A stretch of 64,000 bases of DNA from Campylobacterota bacterium (lineage in GTDB: Bacteria; Campylobacterota; Campylobacteria; Campylobacterales; Arcobacteraceae): assembly GCA_051746405.1 (NCBI GenBank), contig JBNJFB010000001.1, forward strand, positions 118,335 to 182,334. The letters run 5' to 3'. The position numbers and the translations under genes were made by a program. A model generated the notes under the pieces. The model did not search any database. It was given only the letters and a program-made list of their open reading frames with translations, and had not been told where the DNA came from. Shown one piece after another: positions 1-8,991 of this stretch. Numbering within the stretch: position 1 is the stretch's first letter; the number at the start of each line of letters is the position of its first letter.

Positions 1-1258
1 CAATAGTAGCTAATATAGGAATAACAAAAGTAAATAATTCAGCATCTTGTAAGGCTCTTTCAAAAAACATCTCTTTTGATAAGAAGCCATTTAATAAAGG
101 AACACCTGCCATAGCAGATGCTGCAATCATCGCAAGGGTTGCAGTATGGGGCATAAATGACCATAATCCTCCTAATCTTCTCATATCTCTAGTACCTGTT
201 TCATGGTCAATAATACCTGCAACCATAAAAAGTGATGCTTTAAATGTAGCGTGATTTATAATATGAAAAATTGCTGCAACTGCTGCAAGAGGTGTTGAAA
301 ATCCAAATAAAAGAGTAATTAAACCTAAGTGACTTATAGTTGAATAAGCTAAAAGACCTTTTAGGTCATGCTTAAACATTGCAACAAAAGAACCAAGTAG
401 AAGTGTTGCCATACCTGCAAAACTTACAAGAACTGTCCACTCTAAAGTACCACTTAATGATGGATATAATCTAGCTAATAAAAATATACCAGCTTTTACC
501 ATAGTAGCTGAGTGTAAGTATGCTGAAACAGGCGTTGGTGCAGCCATCGCATGGGGTAACCAAAAGTGAAATGGAAACTGTGCAGATTTTGTAAATACAC
601 CAAGTAAAATAAGTATTATAATAGGTGTGTAAAGTGTATGATTTTTTATAAGTTCACCACTAGCTAAAATATCTGTAAGATTATAGCTACCTACAATATT
701 TCCAAGTAGTAATACCCCAGCTAGCATAGCTAAACCACCTGCACCTGTAATAGTTAGAGCCATTTTAGCCCCATCTCTACCCTCGGCTTTATGTTGCCAA
801 TAACTAATCAATAAAAAAGAACTAAGGGATGTTAACTCCCAAAATACAACTAATTGTATTATATTTTCTGATAGTACAATTCCTAGCATTGAACCCATAA
901 AAAGCATTAAATATGAGTAAAATCTTCCCATACAATCTTTTTCATCTATATAATATCTAGCATAAATTATTACAAGAAGTCCAATAGCTAAGATTAAGCA
1001 CGCAAATAAAAGTCCAAGTCCGTCTAATCTAAAAGCAAACTCTAAACCTATTGATTCTATCCATGTCCATGATTGAATAGTTGTAACACCCTCAAAAGGG
1101 AGCTTTATATATATCATTAGTACTGAAAATGCTATTATCGTTACTATTCCAGAACCCCATGCAGATGCAAGTCTGTTATATGTTGCTAAATAAGCTATTA
1201 AAGGTGCTGCAATAAATGGCAAAAGCACTATAATTGGTAAACCAACTGTTTCAAGCAT
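1..1258 (-). CDS. mrpA: Na+/H+ antiporter subunit A (Mrp/Mnh/Pha), runs off the window start (3' partial)
   Basis: Manual translation from ATG at 1258: MLETVGLPIIVLLPF... with the MrpA/NuoL motif SAQFPFHFWLPHAMAAPTPVSAYLHSATMVKAG; purine-rich RBS upstream. Confidence 0.9.
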   Translation of the reverse strand, partial: MLETVGLPIIVLLPFIAAPLIAYLATYNRLASAWGSGIVTIIAFSVLMIYIKLPFEGVTTIQSWTWIESIGLEFAFRLDGLGLLFACLILAIGLLVIIYARYYIDEKDCMGRFYSYLMLFMGSMLGIVLSENIIQLVVFWELTSLSSFLLISYWQHKAEGRDGAKMALTITGAGGLAMLAGVLLLGNIVGSYNLTDILASGELIKNHTLYTPIIILILLGVFTKSAQFPFHFWLPHAMAAPTPVSAYLHSATMVKAGIFLLARLYPSLSGTLEWTVLVSFAGMATLLLGSFVAMFKHDLKGLLAYSTISHLGLITLLFGFSTPLAAVAAIFHIINHATFKASLFMVAGIIDHETGTRDMRRLGGLWSFMPHTATLAMIAASAMAGVPLLNGFLSKEMFFERALQDAELFTFVIPILATI

Positions 1259-1333
1259 ATATTTTCCCTACCTAATTTTTTAATTAATTTAAGATTTTAT
1301 CTTATTTTCAATTAAAATAAAATTCCAATTGCT

Positions 1334-1705
1334 TTATTTAATTCTTAAGCAAGTTGGACACAAACCTTTTATTATTATATTATCTACCTGATGATTTTTC
1401 AAATCAAACTCCAAATTTTCATGAATACACTCAATTTTAGAGCAGTTATTACAAATAAAATGAGAATGCCTATTTTTTACTATTTCAAAATACCTTTTCT
1501 TGTCATTTGATTCAAAGGAGTTTATAATACTCTCTTCTTCAAATCTGGTGATATTTCTATAGAAAGTTGCCTTATCCATTGAAATTTGTCCCTTAATATC
1601 TTCATAGCACAAGGGCTTATTTGATTTGATTAAAATCTCTAAGATAGCTTTTCTTGCTGTTGTTAGTTTTATATTTTTTTCTTGTGTTAAATTTTCTATA
1701 TTCAT
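1334..1705 (-). CDS. Fur-family transcriptional regulator, probably Zur-like
   Basis: KLTTARKAIL, ATFYRN, HSHFICNNC and C-terminal CPTC; divergent from a ZnuA-like gene. Confidence 0.85.
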   Translation of the reverse strand: MNIENLTQEKNIKLTTARKAILEILIKSNKPLCYEDIKGQISMDKATFYRNITRFEEESIINSFESNDKKRYFEIVKNRHSHFICNNCSKIECIHENLEFDLKNHQVDNIIIKGLCPTCLRIK

Positions 1706-1757
1706 AAAATGATTATACCCATTTTTAATTAAACTATTTTTATTTATTTTAAAGTTT

Positions 1758-1772
1758 TACAACTAAGTTGCA
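1758..1772. promoter_or_regulatory. Putative operator 1 of the Fur/Zur-family regulator
   Basis: TACAACTAAGTTGCA, near-perfect 15-bp inverted repeat in the divergent intergenic region. Confidence 0.6.
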
Positions 1773-1803
1773 TTAAAGATAATTTTTACTAAAATTCAAA
1801 TTA

Positions 1804-1818
1804 TGCAACTTGATTGCA
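1804..1818. promoter_or_regulatory. Putative operator 2 of the Fur/Zur-family regulator
   Basis: TGCAACTTGATTGCA, second copy of the same motif about 30 nt upstream of znuA. Confidence 0.6.
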
Positions 1819-1849
1819 AAAGTAATGATTATAAACAAGGGATTTATAG

Positions 1850-2740
1850 ATGAGAAAAGTATTATTAGGATTGGTAGTATTATCAAGTTATATCTTTGCA
1901 AAAAGCGTAACTGTAAGTATTTTACCACAGGAATATTTTGTAAAACAAATAGCAAAAGAAAAAGTAGAAGTAAATTTGATGGTAAAGCCAGGTGAATCTC
2001 CTGCAACATACGAACCAAAAACATCTCAAATGAGAATATTAGCAAAGTCAGATGCTTATTTTTCAATAGGGGTACCTTTTGAAAGTGTTTGGTTAAATAA
2101 GTTTAAAAATGCAAATAGAAATATGCTTATAGTAGATACTGCAAAGGGTATTAAAAAACTAAAGATGAAAAAACATGAACATCATGAAGAAAATGTGAAA
2201 AAACATGATGAAAAAGCACATAAAGAGCATCATGATGAGCATGAAGAACACAAAGGCTTAGATCCACACGTATGGCTAGACCCAATGTTAGTGAAAGTTC
2301 AAGCAAAAAATATATATGAGGGATTAGTTGAAATAGACTCTTCAAATAAAGAGTTCTATCTAAACAATTATAAAGATTTTGTTGCTAAAATAGAAAAGTT
2401 AAATGAGAAGTTAGAAGAAATTTTACATCCTTTTGAACATAAAGCATTTATGGTATTTCACCCATCTTGGGGATATTTTGCAAAAAGATATCACTTAGAG
2501 CAAATTGCTATAGAAGTTCAAGGAAAAGAGCCAAAACCAGCACAGTTAATTAAGTTAGTAGAAGAGGCAAAACTTCATAACATTAAAATTGTGTTTGTGT
2601 CACCTCAGTTTTCAAAAAACAAAGCAGAAGTTATCTCTAAAAGTATAAATGGAAATACAGCTGTTATAAATCCATTGTCTAAAAACTGGGATGAGAATCT
2701 ATTAAAAGTAGCAAGAGAGATTGCAAAAAGTTATAAATGA
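1850..2740 (+). CDS. znuA: Zinc-type metal ABC substrate-binding protein (ZnuA/AdcA family)
   Basis: Signal peptide, PGESPATYEP, His/Glu-rich loop, DPHVWLDP, FHPSWGYFA. Confidence 0.88.
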   Translation: MRKVLLGLVVLSSYIFAKSVTVSILPQEYFVKQIAKEKVEVNLMVKPGESPATYEPKTSQMRILAKSDAYFSIGVPFESVWLNKFKNANRNMLIVDTAKGIKKLKMKKHEHHEENVKKHDEKAHKEHHDEHEEHKGLDPHVWLDPMLVKVQAKNIYEGLVEIDSSNKEFYLNNYKDFVAKIEKLNEKLEEILHPFEHKAFMVFHPSWGYFAKRYHLEQIAIEVQGKEPKPAQLIKLVEEAKLHNIKIVFVSPQFSKNKAEVISKSINGNTAVINPLSKNWDENLLKVAREIAKSYK

Positions 2741-4215
2741 TAAAATTCTTTATATTACTACTATTAGTAAAAAGCACCCTTTTTGGGTGCAGTCTATGTT
2801 CTATATACTCACCTAAAACTCATGTATCTTCTAAGATAGAAGCAAATAAAACTCACATAAAAAGTGCAAAAATAAACTGGACATTTGCAAAAGAGTTCAC
2901 AAAAGAGCTTTTGACAGTTTATGATACAAATCTAAATGGAACCTTTGATAAAAAAGAGTTAGAAGTAATTGAGGATGCACTTTTAGCTTATATAGTTCCA
3001 AAAAATTACTTAACTTTTATTAGTTATGGAAAGCAAATAAGTGAATTATCAAATAAGATTATTATTAAACACAGTAAGTTTAGCTTTGAAAATGGAGTTT
3101 TAAAACTTGATTATACACTTGATTTAAACTATAAGATAAAAGATGGTCACAGATTATATTTGGAGATTTATGATAGTGCTGGATATTTTTTGATAGTATT
3201 TAACGAAAAAAGTCAGTTGTTTAGCATACCATATCAAATAAATAAAGAAGTAGCATATAATGGGGTTACATATGTAATAAAAGCACCAAGTTTAAATAAA
3301 ACAGGTGAAAAAGTTGACTATTTAACTCCTTCTATGAAAGAAGAAAAACAAAGTGAAGATAAAAACTTAATAGAAAAATCCCTTGAAGAACAGAAAAAAG
3401 AGAAAGAGCCAACTTTACTTGAAGATTTTGTAAAAAAAATTAAACAAAATCTAATAAAAATAGAAGAGGGTAATGATAAGTTTGCATTGATTTTCTTACT
3501 TTTTGCATCATTTATTTATGGAGTTGTTCATGCAATGGGGCCAGGACATGGTAAGGCATTAGCCTTCTCATACTTTAGTGCCCAAAAAAGCTCATATATT
3601 CAAGCATTTTTCATTTCCCTTGCTACTGCTTTTATTCATATAGTTGGAGCATTGATTTTAGTAGTTGTGTCTATTTTTATTTTACAAAGTGTGTTAAATA
3701 GTTTTTTAGATGATTCCATTACTTATATAACACAAGTTAGTGCAGTACTTATAATGCTTTTATCTATTTTTATACTATATAGAAAACTAAAAAAGAAATC
3801 GTGTGCTTGTAGTGCTTGTAACTCAAATATAACACAACCACTATTTTCTACTAAAGCTAAAGAGGATTTTAATTTTGTAAAAAATTCAAAAAATAGTAAA
3901 ATACACTTTGATAAAAGAAGTAGAAAAAAACAAGATTTAATTTTTGTATTAATAGCAGGTATTATTCCTTGTCCAGGTACTGTAGTGCTTTTTGTATATG
4001 CTTTTATTTTAAAAACATATTTTTCTGTTATTTTAGCAAGTATTGCTATTAGTTTAGGGATGGGACTTGTGATTTTTGCATCTTCATTTTTAGGGGTTTC
4101 ATTAAATAAAGTATCTTCAAAGTCAACAAGACTTGTAAACATTGTAGAAATATTAGCCCCAATATTTATGTTTATTCTTGGGTTACTACTTCTACTAAAT
4201 GCAGATTTACTATAA
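2737..4215 (+). CDS. DUF1007-like periplasmic domain fused to an RcnA/NicO-type metal permease
   Basis: Signal peptide and CSLC, EF-hand-like YDTNLNGTFDKKEL, then membrane domain with VHAMGPGHGK and PCP motifs; ATGA overlap with znuA. Confidence 0.75.
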   Translation: MIKFFILLLLVKSTLFGCSLCSIYSPKTHVSSKIEANKTHIKSAKINWTFAKEFTKELLTVYDTNLNGTFDKKELEVIEDALLAYIVPKNYLTFISYGKQISELSNKIIIKHSKFSFENGVLKLDYTLDLNYKIKDGHRLYLEIYDSAGYFLIVFNEKSQLFSIPYQINKEVAYNGVTYVIKAPSLNKTGEKVDYLTPSMKEEKQSEDKNLIEKSLEEQKKEKEPTLLEDFVKKIKQNLIKIEEGNDKFALIFLLFASFIYGVVHAMGPGHGKALAFSYFSAQKSSYIQAFFISLATAFIHIVGALILVVVSIFILQSVLNSFLDDSITYITQVSAVLIMLLSIFILYRKLKKKSCACSACNSNITQPLFSTKAKEDFNFVKNSKNSKIHFDKRSRKKQDLIFVLIAGIIPCPGTVVLFVYAFILKTYFSVILASIAISLGMGLVIFASSFLGVSLNKVSSKSTRLVNIVEILAPIFMFILGLLLLLNADLL

Positions 4216-4223
4216 GGTTTATA

Positions 4224-4673
4224 ATGATAGATTTTATTTCAGTCTTAAGACAAAACCTTCCTAAGTTTTCAAAAGTATTGGAAATAGGAAGCAAAAAAGG
4301 TGAAGATTTACAGCTACTTCACGAGTATTTTGAAGTAGTTGCAAGTGAAGATGATAAGAGTAAAACTAGATATTTAAAAGATGAATACATAGATATTAGA
4401 GTTATTTTGCTTGATTATTTTACGCTTGATACTCACAAAAAATTTGATGTAGTATTCTCAAAAAATATTTATGATGAAGTCTCCTTAAGTGATTTAAATA
4501 TAGTTTTAAAAAATCAATCTAAGATATTAAATACAAAAGGCTATATTTTTCATATTTTTGATTCAAAAAAAGTAGATGAAAATGAAGTTTTAACTTTAGT
4601 AAATGAAAACTTTGAAATAGTAGAATCAAATAGTGATAAAGGTGAGTTTTATTTCATAGCAAAGCTTGTTTGA
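4224..4673 (+). CDS. Short class I SAM-dependent methyltransferase-like protein
   Basis: VLEIGS motif I, KKFDVVFS, and a post-II-like ILNTKGYIF. Confidence 0.6.
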   Translation: MIDFISVLRQNLPKFSKVLEIGSKKGEDLQLLHEYFEVVASEDDKSKTRYLKDEYIDIRVILLDYFTLDTHKKFDVVFSKNIYDEVSLSDLNIVLKNQSKILNTKGYIFHIFDSKKVDENEVLTLVNENFEIVESNSDKGEFYFIAKLV

Positions 4674-4737
4674 TTAGAAGAAAAGTACTGAGAAATTAAA
4701 TCCTTTTGAATAATATCTTGAAGTCAGGCGGTTTGAG

Positions 4738-4763
4738 AACTAAAGGGGGGGTAACCTTTAGTT
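4738..4763. terminator. Hairpin directly after the DUF2892 stop codon
   Basis: AACTAAAGG-gggggtaa-CCTTTAGTT, 9-bp perfect stem. Confidence 0.6.
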
Positions 4764-4961
4764 TTAGTCTTTATCACAATTTGTGCCACAAGTATTGATT
4801 TTAAGTGCACTATAAATAGGACATGTTCTAACAATACCTGTTATAAGTGGTATTAAACCAATTGCTCCAATCCAACTATTCATCATTAACCCTGAGATAA
4901 TTAGGGCTAGACCTACTACAATTCTAATTATTCTATCTATATTTCCAATATTTTTATTCAT
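4764..4961 (-). CDS. DUF2892 (YgaP-like) small membrane protein
   Basis: MNKNIGNIDRIIRIVVG...LITGIVRTCPIYSALKINTC; start reassigned to ATG 4961 after AAGGAA. Confidence 0.85.
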   Translation of the reverse strand: MNKNIGNIDRIIRIVVGLALIISGLMMNSWIGAIGLIPLITGIVRTCPIYSALKINTCGTNCDKD

Positions 4962-4964
4962 GAC

Positions 4965-5100
4965 TTTTCCTTTTAAAATTCTTAAAATCACAATTTTGAA
5001 ATTGCTAGTTTATTTGCTATTTCTTCATGGGTTAATTTAATGGTATCGTTATTTTCTTTTTTTAGCAAGTCTATTATTCTTGAATTTAATATTTTGTAAT
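4965..5100 (-). pseudogene. Remnant of a Crp/Fnr-family regulator HTH domain
   Basis: LNSRIIDLLKKENNDTIKLTHEEIANKLAISK, then VILRILK in another frame; matches the Crp pattern LTHEEIA..LG.SRE.ISR.LK; no start codon. Confidence 0.6.
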
Positions 5101-5140
5101 TTCAATATATTTTGAGTTATCAAGGATATATCTCTTTTAT

Positions 5141-6634
5141 TTATTTTATTTTATCAAACTCTTTTATAATTTCTTCAATTGGTTCAATCCCAACAGAAAT
5201 TCTAAGTAAATTTATAGGAAGTCCAATCTCTTTTAAAAACTCAATTCCCTGCTTTGATTGGATTAAATCCCAATGTGCTAAATATGTATAAGGCATAAGA
5301 AGTGTAAACTCAGTACCCAAACTAGGTCCTTTGGCAAAGTTTAGTTTGTCATATATTTCTTTAAACTCTCTATTGAAAGTAACAGAGATAATACCTGTAA
5401 GGCTATTGTCATCTCTCATTGTTTGAGAGTAGTTATCTTTATTTTCTTCATTTAAACAGTAAAAAACCTTATCTATGTAAGAGCATTTTTCAAAGTAAGA
5501 AGCTAAGGCTTTTGTGTTAGCACTTATTTTTTTTACTCTGCTTTTATAATCTTTTATTTCATACGCTAATCTTTGTTTATCTTTTATGTAAACTGGGTCA
5601 CAATGTTTGAAAAACTCTGTTGTCATATGTGATAGAGTATTTCTTTTATTTAAAATAATCGCACCCATTAAAACATCAGCATTTCCACAAGCAAACTTAG
5701 TAAGTGACTCTACAAAAATATCTGCATAATCTTCTAAGTTTAGGTTATAAGGGGTTGCAAAAGTTGTATCTATAACTAAAGGAATATTATACTTATCGCA
5801 TAGCTTTCTTAATCTTTTAATATTAACTGTTTTTAAAAGTGGGTTTGTGGGTATTTCTGTGATTATAGCACTAACTTTTAATCCATCTGTTTTTAAATAC
5901 TCTTCAAGTAAATCAAGATTTAAAATATCAGCAAACACTTTTGATTCTTGATAGTGATGATTTACTATATTCATAGTATCTAAATAAAGCCAACCAAACT
6001 GAACTAAAACAGTTCGTCCATTGTGAGCTTGAATAGAGTTGATACCTCTTACAACTGAATAAATAGCATTCATTCCAGATGGTGCTAAACAGATTTTATC
6101 TTTTGGTTGTTTATATGCATTTGCTAGGGTATCTATGATAATATCATGGGCTTTTGACTCTTCTTCAAGTTCTTCTTTTTGAATAGTATTAATAAGTCCT
6201 AAATCAAAAAGATATTTTTCAGCAAGTCTTGAAGAGAGGTTACATCCCACGTGTTGAATATAGCTTAAAACCCTTTGTAGTTGGCAAGTATTTTTTTGAA
6301 CTAAGATAACTCCAAAGGCTTCATTTACATCAAGTTTGTTATTGATATAGTATTTATCACTTACTAATTTTACAGCTTTTGGTGAGCTTAACACTACTAC
6401 TTCATACTCATCACTTACTCTATATTTATCTTTGATATAAAGTCCAAGCTGTTTTAAATAAGGATGAAGTACAAACCTTGGATAACCACTTTTAATAATT
6501 TCACATATTTCAGGTGTTTGCATCTCATAATCAATCACATCCTGTAAATAGGGCATCGATACAGATACCCCATGTACATTTTTTACAGGAAGTGTTTCCC
6601 CTGTGGGAATGTGATTGAAATACTTTTTGCTCAT
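5141..6634 (-). CDS. PLP-dependent Cys/Met metabolism enzyme, long cystathionine gamma-synthase type
   Basis: HGVSVSMP, SGYPRF, PSGMNAI, EIPTNP, ESLTK (PLP lysine), KGPSLG, LLRISVGIE. Confidence 0.8.
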   Translation of the reverse strand: MSKKYFNHIPTGETLPVKNVHGVSVSMPYLQDVIDYEMQTPEICEIIKSGYPRFVLHPYLKQLGLYIKDKYRVSDEYEVVVLSSPKAVKLVSDKYYINNKLDVNEAFGVILVQKNTCQLQRVLSYIQHVGCNLSSRLAEKYLFDLGLINTIQKEELEEESKAHDIIIDTLANAYKQPKDKICLAPSGMNAIYSVVRGINSIQAHNGRTVLVQFGWLYLDTMNIVNHHYQESKVFADILNLDLLEEYLKTDGLKVSAIITEIPTNPLLKTVNIKRLRKLCDKYNIPLVIDTTFATPYNLNLEDYADIFVESLTKFACGNADVLMGAIILNKRNTLSHMTTEFFKHCDPVYIKDKQRLAYEIKDYKSRVKKISANTKALASYFEKCSYIDKVFYCLNEENKDNYSQTMRDDNSLTGIISVTFNREFKEIYDKLNFAKGPSLGTEFTLLMPYTYLAHWDLIQSKQGIEFLKEIGLPINLLRISVGIEPIEEIIKEFDKIK

Positions 6635-6644
6635 TATTATCTTT

Positions 6645-7796
6645 TTACTTCACAGCTTGTTTAATATCTTCTATTAAGTCCTGTGCATCTTCTAAACCAA
6701 TAGAAAATCTAACTGTCCCCTCAGCTATTCCAATAGCTTCTAACTCTTCTTTACTAAAAGAGGCATGGGAAATTTTTGCAGGTATTTCTACTCTTGAGTC
6801 TGGGCTTCCAAAAGAACACTTCTCTCCAAAAACTTTAGTTTTTTCTATAAACTTCTCAGCTAATTCAAGTGATTCAAAATCAGCACAAAAAAGACCAGGG
6901 ATATAATCCATTTGTTTTTTTGCAAGTTCATATTGTGGGTGGGATTTAAGTGCTGGATGAGTTACTTTTGTGATATATGGTTGCTCTTCTAAAAATTCAG
7001 CAATTTGTATAGATACTTTTTCATGCTCTCTCATTCTAACTTTTAAAGTTGGAATACCAAGTGAGATTAGATATACATCCATAGGGTTTTGACTTCTACC
7101 ATGAGCATTTGCATAGTAATGAATCTCATCAGCAAGTTCTTTTGTTTTTGCTACAATTGCCCCTGCAACAACAGCACCATGACCTGAAACATATTTTGTC
7201 GTTGAAAATAGACTAAAATCAGCACCAAGTTCAAGTGGTCTTTGAGAGATAAATGTTGCAAGTGAGTTATCAACTGCAAATAGTGCATTATGTTTATGAG
7301 ATAAGTTTGCTATTGATTCTAAGTTAATTATTTTAAGCCCAGGATTTGTAGGACTTTCACATAAAACTAAATCAATAGGGTTATTTTGTAAAATATTTTC
7401 TAAATTATCCTCATCTAAGAAATCTGCATAATGAACAGTAATATCATACTTATCTTTAAATACTTTTAGTAATCTATTTGTTCCTCCATAACAATCAGCT
7501 TCAACTAAAATATGAGAATTGGCTCTTAAAACTGTTTCAAATAAAAGTGCAACAGAAGCAATACCTGTGTGAGTACAAACACATCCAGCACCACTCTCAA
7601 CATCAGTAAATAGATTTTCTAACATCTCTCTTGTTGGGTTATCACTTCTTGTATAATCATATATTTTATCACCATCTTGCTTTTTTAAATCAAATGTCCC
7701 TGTATTGTAAATAGGGAAGTGTGAAGCACCTGCAATATCTTCAAAAGGTGCGTATGAAGCTATATGGCTTATAGATGTCTCAATGCTCTTTTTCAT
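6645..7796 (-). CDS. Cystathionine beta-lyase/gamma-synthase family PLP enzyme (MetC/MetB)
   Basis: YDYTRSDNPTR, CYGGT, ESPTNP, VDNS, STTKYVSGH, RFSIGLED. Confidence 0.88.
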   Translation of the reverse strand: MKKSIETSISHIASYAPFEDIAGASHFPIYNTGTFDLKKQDGDKIYDYTRSDNPTREMLENLFTDVESGAGCVCTHTGIASVALLFETVLRANSHILVEADCYGGTNRLLKVFKDKYDITVHYADFLDEDNLENILQNNPIDLVLCESPTNPGLKIINLESIANLSHKHNALFAVDNSLATFISQRPLELGADFSLFSTTKYVSGHGAVVAGAIVAKTKELADEIHYYANAHGRSQNPMDVYLISLGIPTLKVRMREHEKVSIQIAEFLEEQPYITKVTHPALKSHPQYELAKKQMDYIPGLFCADFESLELAEKFIEKTKVFGEKCSFGSPDSRVEIPAKISHASFSKEELEAIGIAEGTVRFSIGLEDAQDLIEDIKQAVK

Positions 7797-7919
7797 AATA
7801 GTCCTAATATTTTTTTAAAATTATATCAAAGTTAATTTAAGAGAAAATATATGGTTAATTTTATTCATGTGTAAGTTTTTGCTGTTAGACTTTTAATAAA
7901 GGCAATAAAGGAGCTTAGC

Positions 7920-8936
7920 ATGAAGACAAACAAAACAAAACTACCGCCACTTGATTCTAAAACAGTGGAAATTATAGAGAATTTTGGTGCTAAAATCACT
8001 TTGATAAATCCTATGGGTGTAAAGGTAAGTGGTATAGATTTATCTTCAAAGGATACTATACCAAAAAAGGTTATTGATGTATTAGAAAAAGAGATGGCTT
8101 CACAGGGGTTTATTGTCTTCAAAAATCAAAAAGAGCTATCACCTGATGAGTTTTTAGAAGCTAGCTGTTTATGGGGTGGAAAAGAACTACATAGTACTCA
8201 TGGTGTTCACCCAGCTACTCCTGGAGGAAATCGCCATATATTTCGTGTATCAAATGACCCAAAACATGGTATTTTAGGTGTGGGTCCCCAGTGGCATAAT
8301 GATGGAAGTTTTAATCTAGCTACATTTTCACATTCAGGTTATCATATAATAAAGCCAGCTAAAAAACCAGCAGGAACATATTTTGCCCATCAAGCAGCAG
8401 CATATGAGGCACTAAGTGAAGAGCAAAAAGAGTTTTGGAGTCGCCTATCTTCTGTAAACTCAGCTTCAGGCGTAGTTCATCCAATGGTACATGAACATCC
8501 AATATCAAAACGAAAATCAATATGGTTGCACTTAGGAATGACAGGTGCAATAATAGAAAAGATTCCTAATAGTGATTGGTTTAGATTATTGCAAGAAGAT
8601 GAAATGAAAAAACTTTTTCATCAATATAATGATATCTTAAATGCAGGTTTAGAAGATGGATATGCTATTGCTTATGAGTATGAAGAAGATGATTGTATTT
8701 TTATTGATAACCTTGCAGTCGCTCACAAAGCAGCACCTGAAGCACATATGTCACCTAATGAACAAGGCTTAAGAATTATGCACCGTAGTACTGTTCGTGG
8801 AGAATATGACTTAGCACCTGGCTTTGGATTGCCACCATTTATAGATATTAGCAAAGAAAGCCCCTTTGGAGATGGAGTATGGCAAGTAGGAGGTATTGGT
8901 TTTGTGTGGGATGATGATATTCATATGCAGAACTAA
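7920..8936 (+). CDS. TauD/TfdA-family 2-oxoglutarate/Fe(II) dioxygenase
   Basis: WHNDGSF (HxD), VVHPMVHEHP, FIDNLAVAH, RIMHRST. Confidence 0.85.
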   Translation: MKTNKTKLPPLDSKTVEIIENFGAKITLINPMGVKVSGIDLSSKDTIPKKVIDVLEKEMASQGFIVFKNQKELSPDEFLEASCLWGGKELHSTHGVHPATPGGNRHIFRVSNDPKHGILGVGPQWHNDGSFNLATFSHSGYHIIKPAKKPAGTYFAHQAAAYEALSEEQKEFWSRLSSVNSASGVVHPMVHEHPISKRKSIWLHLGMTGAIIEKIPNSDWFRLLQEDEMKKLFHQYNDILNAGLEDGYAIAYEYEEDDCIFIDNLAVAHKAAPEAHMSPNEQGLRIMHRSTVRGEYDLAPGFGLPPFIDISKESPFGDGVWQVGGIGFVWDDDIHMQN

Positions 8937-8949
8937 TATTTATCTATGA

Positions 8950-8991
8950 TAGTTTAATTGCATCTAAATTAATTTAAATGCAATTAAACTA
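8950..8991. terminator. 42-bp near-perfect palindrome at a convergent gene junction
   Basis: TAGTTTAATTGCAT-c-TAAATTAATTTA-a-ATGCAATTAAACTA. Confidence 0.5.

Noticed and set aside
2160..2255. Repetitive CATGAA/CATGAT tract
   Set aside because: Encodes the normal His-rich loop of ZnuA; not a DNA repeat array
4745..4751. G7 tract as a phase-variation site
   Set aside because: Short, intergenic, downstream of both flanking genes and part of a hairpin
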